Below, piece after piece: positions 35,601-49,700 of a stretch of DNA of 64,000 nt. Origin of the DNA: Haliotis cracherodii (Eukaryota). The stretch lies in the NCBI RefSeq assembly GCF_022045235.1, contig NW_027266266.1, positions 20,584,001-20,648,000 of the forward strand, written 5' to 3'. A program made the position numbers and the translations under genes. How positions within the stretch are numbered: position 1 is the stretch's first letter; the number at the start of each line of letters is the position of its first letter. Under the pieces are notes generated by a model that was not told the DNA's origin, made no database searches, and saw nothing but the letters and a program-made list of their open reading frames with translations.

Positions 35601-38600
35601 TCTTGTTTGTTTCACTTTAGCAACCACCAAGCATGGTGGAAACTTTCTTTTGGCTGGCAGTTAATACTAATTAAGTCAGATTTGAAAAACAAAATTTATG
35701 TTTTTCAAAACTCTTAATATCATATAAAAGGTCAAGAACTGACAGTGGGCAGATGATTTGTAGTTTCTCGTTTCTTGTTCCTAAAATATGTCCTTATATT
35801 TACAACAACTCTCTTCTTATTTCAGGCGCCTTCTTAATACCCTACCTTCTTATGTTGATTCTTGGAGGGATACCATTGTTCTATATGGAGCTGGCTTTGG
35901 GTCAGTTTAACCGGACAGGAGCCATCACGTGCTGGGGTAGAATCTGTCCGCTATTTAAAGGTAATAAATGGTGGGGTTTTATATTTTCAAGTGAAATTTC
36001 TTGTGTTTATCCTGTTGCTGAAAATGTAAATCAAGTCAATTATTAAAAAATCGCATGGCGTTATTTTGACGTGACGCCAACAGCATATTCACCCTTTAGT
36101 AGCTAGTCTGTATGTGTTGCCCGCTCGTCCTAAATTACCGTTCGGCTAAAAAATAAATGTATATCCATCCATTCGCCCGCCTGAATATACATGTATAGTT
36201 TACCGTTTGTGATTTTTAGAAGAAAAAAGCTCTTTCTGTATTTAATTGGAAGAATGTTCAAAGACAGGAAGTAGCTCTGCCCGTAGCTTTGTTTTTATAC
36301 AGCTCTCCGCTTTTTCCGTGTTTTTAACACAGAAAAAGCAGAGATACCGAGTCAGAAGCACTCAACACCGAGTCTCGAGTCATTACAAAATATCGATGCC
36401 CTGTTCATCGGAACGTGCACTTTTCGAAATTGTTCAAATTTCATAACTTCATCCTGATGTCAAGATTCAAATTGTGAAACATTTTGGCACTGTCTTTACT
36501 GACACATTTAGCAGTTGTATTGTATACCAAAGTTATTTTGTTTCTATATATATTTATTCTTTGTTTTAGTTCTACCGCGCTCCCACTCCCTCTAAATCTG
36601 AACATTGAAATGAGAAAGACACTAAACAATATGACATGATAGGATCTTAAGTTGCTTACCCCGCTCACAGAGAGCCGGGTTAATATATATTTAATACCTG
36701 TGCTTTAGTTGAAATTAGTTGAAAATAATCGAGTCTGGACCAGACAGTCCAGTGATTGACATCATGAGCATTAATATGATGAAATGCATCAGCCAAGTCA
36801 GCGAACCTGACCACCCGACTCCGTTGGTCGCCTCTTACAAGTATAGTTCCTAGAAAATCATTAAATACGTATGGTGGGCGTGGAAAATACAAAATATATT
36901 GCCCCGAAAGGAAACATTATCAATTTCTTATCCAATAAATCATAAAGCACGTTGCTATCGCTATCTAAACTGTTTTATGCATGTGATCAGGTTCGTTTAA
37001 GGGTTGGTTTTTAAATGTATTTTCCAAATCAGGTCCTTACTCCTTTGGCACAATAGAACATGCTGCGCCAAGTATTTGGACATCGAACATCGTCGTCGAT
37101 ATCGATAAAAATAATACCCACAGGAAAAAAGGAGACATTGATTTAAATTCTAGTGTATTAGAATTTTCGAATAAGTCCATTTTTTTCAATGTGACTGCTT
37201 CTCAACATCAAAATAAGGCTATATTGGAATCGATGCAAACTTGAATTACTCCCATCAAGAAATGAACACTGCAGCTGAAAAGCGTGCAAAAACCTTATTT
37301 TAACGACCATACATTTTACGTAACTTTCTTTTTACCCATAAAGTGCTAATCGAAAAGAAATTGGATCTCGTTAGAGTTAGCTCCCTTAGAATAAACGCCA
37401 CATTCAGACGTTAAGGGAGGGTTTATTGTAATGATTCAAGTCAACCGTCGACTGACAATGGCCGTTAACGATCGTTCGGGTATATTAATGGAACTTTGAC
37501 GTCAGTTCCGGTGTGGTATTTGCTCTGATGGCGGACTGACACGGTGCGGAGCGTGATTAGAGAGAGCACACATAGTCCGCCGATTGCTTAACTGAATGCG
37601 AAAATGGAGTGTTTTAGATTTCAATTGGGGACGTGTTAATTTGATAGGTTGATTTCCGGGGAATTAACCCCGATAGTGGTGAATTCTTCAAGATATGCAT
37701 TTCAATAAAGAGGGGCTGTGTTCACACTTTCAACGACAAGATACCAATCTTGTAATGGCGGTCTGAATGATAAGAACTAGTACAATTAGCTTTCTTGACC
37801 CTAGCCTGCAGAGAGCCACATCTCAATGATTGTGATGGAGTCGATCTAAGATAACCTCATGTTCATTTAATTAATGGAAAATGAGTCTGTTTATTATACA
37901 AATATCAAGCTTTGCTGAATGTCATTTTTTCGTGCCATTGGCAAATATTCAACTTTTTATGTTGCTGAAGGTTTTTATGTTTAAATGAACTAAAATAATC
38001 TTGATTCATGACACGATCAATACTTAAGATTATGAAAAATGCATTGTATTAGTGTAATATCAGCACACTAATTGTTACGATAAGCATATGCACAATTATA
38101 CTGAGAGCAAATGTAGGTACCTTTATGTTATCATACTTTTTGTGTTTGAATATTGGCGGTCAGCATAACCTTTCACATAGCGTTTCTCTTGTTCAGATTC
38201 TAAAGCCTTTAAGCGTTCTATTTTGTAAACCTCAATTGTAGAGGACGAGATCAATTGCTTAATATAAAGTCAGTTCACACCTGCTTCGATCTCTTCATAT
38301 TAGTAACAGTTAGGTACAAGATCATATTCGTTGTAGTTAGGTACAAGAATCAGCTTTATGTCAAACGGTTGGTTATGTTGGAACAGGAAAAATATAAAAC
38401 GGTTGAACTCTAACATCGTCTTTTTGCATATTAGTCATAACACTGTGCATGATGTTGTGGAAAGTCAAACTCATGCACTTATTAAAATGGAATGTATGCT
38501 TGGCGTCAACAATATACACCCTTTAAATAATATTCTGAAGTTTAGTTCGGCAAACAAATGTTTCTCAACTTTGAATTTGACGTTTCTGGTTGGCCTAAAT

Positions 38601-41600
38601 GAAAGTATACTGAATGTTGTGAAACTATATTCTAGATATATTGTGATAAAATGTTTTGGCAAATACCAACACATATTACTGAATTCATGATCATACTATG
38701 GTGAGGTCATCTCTTTCCTCTGGTTCTCAAGAACAGGATTGAGCTATTAGATATCAGCCACCATGTCCATACATACCAATGATTTCTGGTCAGTGTGTTG
38801 TAGGGTGGTCGTGGTGGTTGTGTTCCGGTCGTCTATGGTTCCGTGGGACTGTGTGCCATGATTATCATGGTGGCAAATATCTGTTTGGCCCATTTTTTGA
38901 AAATGTGCCTTCACAATGGCCCTGCTCGGGGATAGAGTTGCATACAACGGATCTACTAAATGCTCATTCGAATATCAGATTTACACCAAGTATCGTCCTT
39001 CCTCTGTCTACATCATTTCTTGCCAAATGGCTTCATTAAAACGTCCAAGGCATTCTTCCTACATTTATATACCTGACACGCCAAAACAGCAGAAATACTG
39101 TTTAAAGGGGAATACTACTGATACTAATTTCTTGACACAGCATTTAAACACATAAACCGGACAGTTATGTTGAAGTTAACAAACTTCCGCATCTCTGGAT
39201 TTTCCAAGTGTAATTCCACCCAGCCCAATACAGTGAAACCTCGTTAATCCAAACTCTACCAGAAGGTATGATGATGAGATTTAGGCACACAGGAACTGTG
39301 AAATTTTGGACGCGAGGAAAACCTTGAGAAATATAAACTTTTTGTACTTTCAAATCATGCATGTTTTCGACTTTAAGGTTAAAAGGTGTCCAATAGAATG
39401 GGTTTAGGTGTTTCAAAAAGCGGATTTTTTAAAATATTTGAACACAGGTATGTCTTTGAGCCAAGCTTAGATTTTTGGAGGAAGATGGTTCAGATTCAGC
39501 ATGGGTAACGGACTTGCTAAACAGTTAAGTTTACTCTTAAAGTTTGAAAATGTGGCCTTTGTCGCTCATTTGAATCATAATTAGGCACTAAATCGTGTCA
39601 AGAGTTCAACATTTGCCAACGTTAGAAATAAATAAATGACTGGTCGGAGTGAGTGAGTAGCAATACGCCGCTTTTAGCAATATTCAAGCAATATTTGGCG
39701 GAGAAAACCAGAAATGGGCTAGTTGGAGGTCATATGAACATGTCCAATAAGTTTCAAGATAATAATAATTCAAAGATTATAATGGTAAATATATAAAACA
39801 AAATACCGATAGTTATATTTGAAAACACTATTATTTTATACGTTATCTTGTTTGTTTGTTTATTTGTTGTTTCACGCCGCACTCAGCAATATGCAAGCTA
39901 TGTTGCGGCGGACTGTATATAATCGAGTCTGGACCAGACAATCCAATGATTGAGATCATGAGCATCGATCCACGCAATTGGGATACGATGACATGCATCA
40001 ACCAAGTCAGCGAGCCTGACCACCGTTAGTCGCCTCAACGTAATGTTAATCCTTCTGGTTTCAGCCTAGCAACAATTTGATAACGTTTGTGATGTTTTGG
40101 TCAAAACCAATTTTGAAGTGTATACTTCTTTTGCCCGGTAATGTATTTCCAAAAGACACATCGATGTTTGTGATATGTGAAAAAAAAAAAACTTTTTTCC
40201 AGTTAGTATTGTACTGTCCTCGATATTCACCCACTTTTTTTCTGTGTATTTCAGGTATAGGCTGGGCGGTAGTGCTGATTGCCTTCTATACAGACTTTTT
40301 CTACAACGTAGTCATAGCATGGTGTTTGCACTTTTTCATTGCTTCTTTTACTTGGGAACTGCCCTGGGTACATTGCAATAACAAATGGAACACGCCCCTT
40401 TGTTACGACGGTAGTGAAAGAAGGAACCTAAATGTCTCCACAAATATCACGGACCCCCTGTGGGCCAACTCGAGTGAGTTCACCGAGTACAGTATTCTGA
40501 CTGACACCACCACCACCTACAGTATCAACATCACCGGCAACTCCTCCGACCTGCCCAGGCGGTCGCCGGCGCACGAGTACTTCGAGTAAGTAGATTTATT
40601 TCTCATACTTTAAGCGGAGGATGGGTAGTTTTGTGGTTAAAGCATTCGCTTGTCACGGCGAAACCTGGGTTCGATTTTCAACATAGGTACAATGTATTTG
40701 CTCATTTCTGGTGTCCCCCGCCATGCTATTGATGACATATCAAATCTAAATGCGGCGAAAAACTATACTCACTCACCCCCATTCCCAAAATGGGTTTCGG
40801 GACTCTTAAAGGTAGTCATCGAATCATCGAATGGTAAAAGGCTGAAGACCTGAAGTAACACGTTGTAAGACGTCATAATGGAATTCCCTTTCTGCATACT
40901 TCAGGAGTACAACATCTTGATTAAGCGTATTTCAAAAGCAAATTAATTGAGTATACATTGTAAATAGTCAGGTTTACACAAAACCGAAACCGTTTGTAAA
41001 ACGGAAACTTGATCGACTATGTTTTTAACACTGTCTGTATCAGTATCACACGCATGTAAACTGGCGGGCAAATGAAAGTATACACTTGAAAATTGCATTT
41101 GACCAAAAAAAGGCCGTCGCTACAAACCTAAGGTCCAAAACACAAGCATGATATCTGAATGAAATACATCACCATCCAAAAAACATTTTTTGTTTGTTTC
41201 ATTTTGGGCCACCATCAAACGTGTGTGTATACTTTCTTTTGTCCGACATTTTTAGTTCTCGATACGGGGGCGCTGGGGTAGGCTAGTGGTTAAAGCGTTC
41301 GCCCGTCACGTCGAAGAACCGGGTTCGATTGCCCACATGGGTACAATTTGTGAAGCCCATTTCTGGTGTCCCCTGCCGTGATATTGCAGGAATATTGCTA
41401 AAAGCGGCGTAAAACCATACTCACTCACTCACTTAAGGTATAGCCAGGTTCAGAAATTCAGGTCTAAAGCCTGATTATACACCAAGATTTCATGAAACAC
41501 ACGGATGGGTGACTTTGTGAGGAATGAAGACGCGGAGGGGACCTTAGTTAAAATAGGTATCCAGTACTCTATTACTGCCCAGAGGTCAGGCTCGGTGTCT

Positions 41601-43734
41601 TGGTTTGTTGCGTGTTATAGTATCTCGCTAAACGGTGCTCATTATGTCAACCACTGGTTTGAGGACTATTGCTGACTGTGGATTTAAATAATATACTAAA
41701 ACACATACTAACTGTGAGGGATTATATGACGCGGTGCAGGATGGATAGACTTAGAACAATTGTCGCCCTGTTAGGGAATCGAACCCGGTCTCATGTGTGG
41801 TCATATTGTTTAGAATCAGATAAACAGTTATCATTGTATTGTTTTCCCCGTTTGAATGTATATTTTTATTCCATGACAAACGTTGACTGTTTGGCATTTA
41901 ATTTCTCATCACAAATCGGGTTTTGGAGTCAGTGATAGGATCTATACAAATCTACAGTATTGTCATGTTACATGTAACTTCACTTCACTACTCCTGTAAC
42001 ATATCGGTGATCAGTTTCATTCAACTTGATTGCTTTCTGTCTCAATTCCTCCGCCTCCGGGGTTTCCCTCATTAATGGACCAACAACAGAGCCGATAGCC
42101 TGGGTCTATTGCACATCACTGCACTGTAAGGGGCCAATCGTTTAATTTCTCTCTGTGTCAGTTTGGGTTGGGAATAGAGGGTGGGAGTAAGTGGTAAGTG
42201 CTTAGCCTTCACGTTACCATCCANNNNNNNNNNNNNNNNNNNNNNNNNNNNNNNNNNNNNNNNNNNNNNNNNNNNNNNNNNNNNNNNNNNNNNNNNNNNN
42301 NNNNNNNNNNNNNNNNNNNNNNNNNNNNNNNNNNNNNNNNNNNNNNNNNNNNNAACTGTGTGTGTGTGTCAGTGTCTGTGTTTGTCTGTCTGTGTGCGCG
42401 TGCGTGCATGCGTGTGTTGGCGATGGGAATAAAGGGAATTAAAGGGGCGTTAATGTGTTCCCATGATTCGTGGATCCGGGAATTTGTTTCTGGGCGAAAT
42501 CACTGGGAATAGTACCGACGATGTTCCACTTGGTTTGTCAGCGTCTGTTAGTTGTTACCCAACCACCAGGTAGTCGCATGGAATAAAATGGCACGAGGAT
42601 TAGTCGGCTCCTGGTTGGAGGGGGTCAACCAGGTGCATTTACAACACTGACATTATCTTAGCTCTTTCTGAAGCTAAGCTCTTGTCAGCACAATATCCGT
42701 GCACGTAGGTTTCACCGAAGTGGCAAACGTCTGAAACCTGCATTACTTCGGGCTTTCCTCCCACATTAAGCTGACACGCCGTGATATAACTGCAATACTG
42801 TTAAAAGCGGCGTAAAACCCAACTCACTCACTCACTCATGGACATGTGTTGATACGAGGGAAACAGTGTTTAAGGCGTTTCAACAGCGAAGTTCGTGTCA
42901 ACTTTATCGATAGCAAGTTGAACCTTCGTGATCTATCACATATTGGATTCTTCTAATGGAGTAGCCATTAGCAAGAGTAGCTACCTACTTCACTGCAGTT
43001 AACTTGCCTGTAGTGAACAGTTCCTTTTCATCTTGTAATGCATTATCTTGTAACATCCATTGTCAATAGCGAGTACAATGAATAAGACACCATTAGGGCA
43101 GTTTTGAGTTATTTAAGAAATTAGCAAGAGCTCAGTTCTAATAAAAGCGTGTTTCTGATATTTGAATAAATATGAGCAAATATGTTACTCACGCTGATTT
43201 GTCTGTGTGTAAAGAAGGTATAATGATTAGGGTTATCTGAGGTCAGGGAATTTCTAAAAGTCTTTTTCAAAATACATGACTATTTTACCTTGAAAATCGA
43301 ATATATTCGTGAAGTTGACGTCATTCCGATCATTTATGACGTCACCTTATAGAGGTCACGTCGATCTTCAATGATTCCAAAGCAGATTTGGTTTCCAGTA
43401 TATCTAGCACCTCATGCCGTCCAAAATATTATGATTTTTGTATCTACCTATCTGTTAGAGCCCTTCCTTATACACTGCCGGGCAAAAGGAAGTTTACACC
43501 CTTGTATTCACCCACCTTGTTGATGGTGGCTACAATTGGAACAAACAAAAATAGTTATTCGATGGTGATGTATTGGAAACGGGTATCATTGTGTTTTGGA
43601 CCTTAAGTTTGAAATGTTTAGGCGACTGAACCGTTTTGATAACGTTTGAAATTTGTTTTTAATTTGAGCTGAGGTGAAATGGAATTTAACGTGGCGTCCA
43701 AGCCTACTGCACTTATATAGCGACGTGGATGCAC

Positions 43735-43774
<40 letters not shown>

Positions 43775-46700
43775 CTGCTTGTACTGGTCCGGACTAATGC
43801 CGATTTTATAGTGCTATCCCACTGAGACACCATGCCACAGTTTAACATGAATACCCCACTCAGGCACAGTATACTGACTCCGAGCCGACCAGTCCTTATT
43901 TTATCCCCTTAATGCCGAGCGCCAGGCAGGGTATTAACAAGTACCATCTCTTTACGTCTTTTGGTATGACGCGGCCGGGCATCGAGCCCCGGACTTTCCG
44001 CTCCCCGGGCGGACGCTCTGCCACTAGACCACGGAGGCGGTCTCTTTTACCAGGCAGTTTATTAAACATATAGTTTTATTATGGTACCGACCGCCAAACA
44101 TTCGTCGATGTATGACTGAAACAATGCACATGCAGCCGATTTTAACTCACTCACTGCCAGCTAATAACCTTTCTGTTAGTTTCTTCAATAGAATTCCCAA
44201 AGAAATACTTTATGTTAGTTAAAAAGTTAACCCAATGTGTTCTATTACATATAAAACACAATAGGAATACTTGATCACATGTGACTTGGTATAATTTGTT
44301 TTCAATGACGCCAAGGATCCCATTAGAACCAAGACGACTTAAGGTTGTGACTGTCCTGCACCGACGACAGTATCTACGTTCAATATCTATTCTTATACAA
44401 CCATCAACTCACGTTGAACATTTTATGATTGCATTCTGCATTTTGTGATTAAGATGTTTTACCTTGCTTGTTTTTTACTCAATTCACCCCATGATACTAA
44501 TAAACTAAAATGAACTTTTCGACATGCACTCTATATTTTCAGACATTACATTCTCATAGGAACATTTATTCACTCTGACGCCGTCATCAGCTGCACGAAT
44601 TGGCGTATATCCGTGCACAAGCACACAGGGAGAGATTATACACTCGGCTGTAGGATGTTAACAACATCGATTTTATGTCATGAATCTTCTTTACTTAGCT
44701 GAGGACACATTTAGCATAATTACATCACGAACAAAAATAATGTGTTACTATGCCATATGTTTGCTCGGAAAAAGATAAAGTGCTATACAAATCACAGTGA
44801 TGTTAGACCTTGATAGATTTATTATGACATTGTCATCCCTGGTTGCTGTCAGTGCCAGAAAGGTTTATTCTGGGGTCACGGTAGTTCAGTTGTCTTTGGA
44901 ATAAATTTCGATGTACAGAGTTGTGTCCCTTAGTCATGTCAGGATCTGCTGATGTGATTCTTTGATAGGTTTATTATGACATTGTCATCCCTGGTTGCTG
45001 TCAGTGCCAGAAAGGTTTATTCTGGGGTCACGGTAGTTCAGTTGTCTTTGGAATAAAATTCGGTGTACAGAGTTGTGTCCCTTAGCCGTGTCAGGATCCG
45101 CTGATGTGATTCTTTGATAGGTTTATTGTGATATTGTCATTACTGATTGCTGTATATGCTACAACTGTCTATCTTTAGGTCACGGTGGTCCAGTTGACTT
45201 TGATGTAAATTTGCTTTGCAGTGTTGTGTCCCTTAGCCATATCAGGATCCACAGATGTTGAGTTCGAAAAAAACTTATTTTGTTCTGACAATAATCCTTG
45301 GTTTGACAACATCATTCACATTCCTTTTACGATTTACTTGCGTCCCTTCCCTCCTCTATTAATCAGACAAGTGTATAAAAGTGAAATACTGTTCAAAACG
45401 CCGCAAACGCCAACTCACTCGCTCGGATTCATCCGTCGAAGTGTCTTGACTGACATATGTCCACATGAGTCTTTACCAGAACCATGCCTACAAGATGTTA
45501 ATGATCTTAACTGCCCACAACTTGTGTTTTGTCAAAAAAAAACAGCCCGATACATCATAATTAAAATATCATTAAATATTTTGTTAGGTAACTATGGTTA
45601 TAAGTACAGTCATCCTCTGTTATCCAGGGTTACAAATATCCAAGAGGAGCTCCATCATTGCCAAGTGGCGTCAAAGTGATGACTGGAGTTGAACTTAATT
45701 CCTGTTAGCTAAACTATGGCGATAAACATACCATGGTTTAATGACGTTAGGAATTACACCCATGAGCGAGGGAAATTCTGTGCTGAGTTAGTGATAGGAG
45801 AGATTGAATTGCTAACGTCGTAAGCTTTGGTTGCAAATGGTTCCAGTGTAATTATCATGGAACCCAGACATAACACACGGCAAAATCGTGAAGGGATTTC
45901 AGAAGAGATAAACGTAAAACCAGCGTGCATGCTGTGTAAATCAGCGTAGCGTATTAACGCAAAGTGCGCCGACGGTTTTTGCGTTTATAATTCCATAAAC
46001 ACAAGAGTATATTGAAGACAATTCTTCTCAATAAATACGTTTAACAATGTTAACTCTTCGGGCTGCTTCATTAACGTGCAAAAATTGTTGCCAACAATAC
46101 GAAATCAGTGTCACCGATACAAGCACCGCCCATTCTATTATCCGCCAATCGGGAAACAAAACTTCGTTTGTAGGCATGGCATAATTTGTTTTGGGTTTAT
46201 GGAATCATAACGCAAAAAAATGCTTGGTTAGCCAATCAAATGTCACGGAATCACTTGCAATTTATTGATTGTGAAATATTAGAAACACATTGCTGAGTTA
46301 TTTTATGTCTACATAATGATACGTTAAGCATTGCCATGGTATCTCAGTTAAACGTGACTTGCCTTTCAAAAAAGCCGAAAACAGATTTAACTGTATTTTT
46401 GAAATTTATGCACAACACCAGATCTGAATAGGATTTCATAATACAACTCTTTTATTCCTACCCCATACAATGTGTGAAGCCAATGTCGTGTGACCCCGCC
46501 GTGATATCGCAGAAAGAGCGCTAAAAGCGGCTTAAAACTCACTCACTCTATATCCCTTAGAGTGGTTTTGCCATGTATTTGGACCGTGGAACCCCGTTAT
46601 TCCGGACAGTAGCGCTTCAGACTAACGAATCATGGTCACGAAGTTACTTCANNNNNNNNNNNNNNNNNNNNNNNNNNNNNNNNNNNNNNNNNNNNNNNNN

Positions 46701-49700
46701 NNNNNNNNNNNNNNNNNNNNNNNNNNNNNNNNNNNNNNNNNNNNNNNNNNNNNNNNNNNNNNNNNNNNNNNNNNNNNNNNNNNNNNNNCAAAAGTAAATT
46801 AAATAAATAAATGCAACTAAACCCTTTCCATAACCATGCTATAGTGAGGAAATACGGACATATTGTGTAAGTAATATCAGGAGCAGAAGTGGCATCCGTC
46901 ACAAACACATGTAAAGACAAGTCAAGTGTTCACCTGAACAGACACGGGTAAATATGGCACAAGTCACGATAGGTAAATTGCATCGGACATCATTTGATCA
47001 CTGATGTGTCAACTTTGGAAATGTCCTCAACATTTCTGCCATGAAACATTTTGAAAGCTTTACTAAGGCCTGGAATTCTATGAACCAGACCCAACAGCCT
47101 ATGAGCAAGAATCGTACGACTCTCTTTGAAATCTTCGAAAAAGCAGCATGTTCCATTGTGCCTCAAAAGTTTTGAAATGTAAACACCAAAGGCTGGAGCT
47201 GCTCGAAAACTGCTCGATATAAAAGGAAAGTTGACAATGGAAAAAGTTGAAGTCATCCCTCTTGTCAAACAGTCTTGTGGGGAGTGTTTTTGTCACTCTG
47301 TGTCTTTGTGCATAGTTAAAACACATTTCCGCTAAACATACGCTCTTGCTTCAGAATTTTCTATGACCCTGTTCACTTGTAAAACGTTGCCACAAAAAGC
47401 AAATAGATAAAACAAATATAATTATTGGAAATGTCTTACGGTGCTAGTGGGAAAATCCATTTAATCACAATTAGACATTTCACGTTGGCAGCAAAATCGA
47501 GCAATAAAATATAGCTATGGGAAATTATTTTGCATGCGTGTCTATACTGAAATTATTACCAAGATTGGATTTAAAGCAGCACTGGTGTGTTTATAAACAT
47601 GAAGATAACTTATTAATCTAAATGATATAGAAATGTCATGCACATTTCCCCTTGTGTTATATGTGAATGAATGTATGCATGAAACGAANNNNNNNNNNNN
47701 NNNNNNNNNNNNNNNNNNNNNNNNNNNNNNNNNNNNNNNNNNNNNNNNNNNNNNNNNNNNNNNNNNNNNNNNNNNNNNNNNNNNNNNNNNNNNNNNNNNN
47801 NNNNNNNNNNNNNNNNNNNNNNNNNNNNNNNNNNNNNNNNNNNNNNNNNNNNNNNNNNNNNNNNNNNNNNNNNNNNNNNNNNNNNNNNNNNNNNNNNNNN
47901 NNNNNNNATGAAATGTATGCCGTAAAAGGTGCTAAGTCGGCGCTTTGAAATACAAGATTCACGACTGTGTCGAGTAATGATCAGCTTTGAATTTTAGGAC
48001 TGATTTCGATCTTGTGGTTCTGACAGAAAGAAGATTGTTCGAAAAGTGTTTTTGAGAAGGCTCTGTCCCAGATCGATGTTTCACTTAATGTATGAGGAAA
48101 AGCCCGAAGTGATGCAGGTGTTAGACGTTTACCATTTTGGTGAAACCCACGAGCAAGGGTATGATGCTGAAGCCGTGTGACTCGTGGTCAGAGCGGAATT
48201 AAACCCAAATCACTCACTCCCTTCACTTCAGTTTTAATAACACGTTTAACTCGGTTCCAAGTACGTCTTCGGTTCGTTCGTCCATGGTGTATTGTGATGC
48301 GGTCGACTTTCTGCCTGAAGTCATTGTCAAGTTTTGTTCAAGTATCTTTTTTGCATGTATGAACCCTTGTCCCTTGCAACCAAAGAACGCATGTGTCTAG
48401 AAAGTTTAGGCTTCATAACAAAAATATTTCTAGGACACATTTTCTCACGGGTATGGTGCTGAAAAAATAGAAACATAATCAGTCTGTACCGGGATTCGAA
48501 CCCACGATCAAAGGTTTCTTGCACGCCTAAGGGACGCAACTCTGCACAGCGAACTGCAGCGTCTATGAAGATGGCCACCCGTGCCGCCGCAAGAAGATGA
48601 AACACACTGTAACACCGTATGGAATCTTTCTTCACAAAATAAGTACCGGACGAATAAATATGATAGTGTGTGTACTATAATGTCCAGTATCTGAGACAGT
48701 CGATGAGAGACCCAGTAATAATCGTACGACGCTACACGCATGAATTGTTGTCCCTGACTTTAACATGTTTGCATGTACTTACTGGCATGGAAATCTGTGT
48801 ACAATCAAGATCGGAAAGGGGAGTGTTAGGTCGCCTTTGTTTCTCTATCGGGGAGGGGTTAAAGAGTACACTTTCAACGAACTGATCGACTAGAGAAACA
48901 CACTGAATTGATTTTCTCTTTTATCAGTTTACCAGCCATCGATCTTGACAGGTATACGTGGCTCCTATATATTGGTTTATTGGTATTTGTCGTCTCAAAG
49001 TGTGACTTTCATTATTGAGAATCGTGAAAAATTGATATTCCATCTCGTGGTTTATGATGTGAATCTTAATATGACCTGGACTGATTGGGGCCATTGTTAC
49101 TTTCTGTGTTGTTTATTTGATAAAAGTATCCCGTCGTGTATTCAACAAATCATTTTTGAATATGTGTGTAGAATTTAGTTGAGTTCAGATTATAGTGAGT
49201 GAGTATGGTTTTACGCCGTTTTTAGCAATATTCCAGCAATATCACGGCGGGGGACACCAGAAATGGGCTTAGTTCAGATTATAACAGAGTGAACGATATC
49301 GAATTTGTTGACCTCAATCTAGTCCCATCCCTAGCCGGGCGGTCGGGTAGCCTGGTTCGAACGTCACGACAAACATCCGGGTTCGATTCCCGATATGGGT
49401 ACAATGTGTGAAGCCCATTTCTGGTGTCCCCCGCCGTGATATTGCAGGAATATTGCTAAAAGCGGCGTAAAACCATACACACCCAGTAGTTCTCGATACG
49501 ATTATGCGTGTGTTTCATGAAATCTTGGTGTATAATCAGGCTTTAGACCTGTATTTCTGAACCTGGTTATACCTTACGTGAGTGAGTGAGTATGGTTTTA
49601 CGCCGATTTTAGCAATATTCAAGCAATATCACGGCGGGGGACACCAGAAATGGGCTTCACACATTGTCCTCACTCACTCACTCACCCATCCCTAGTCAAT

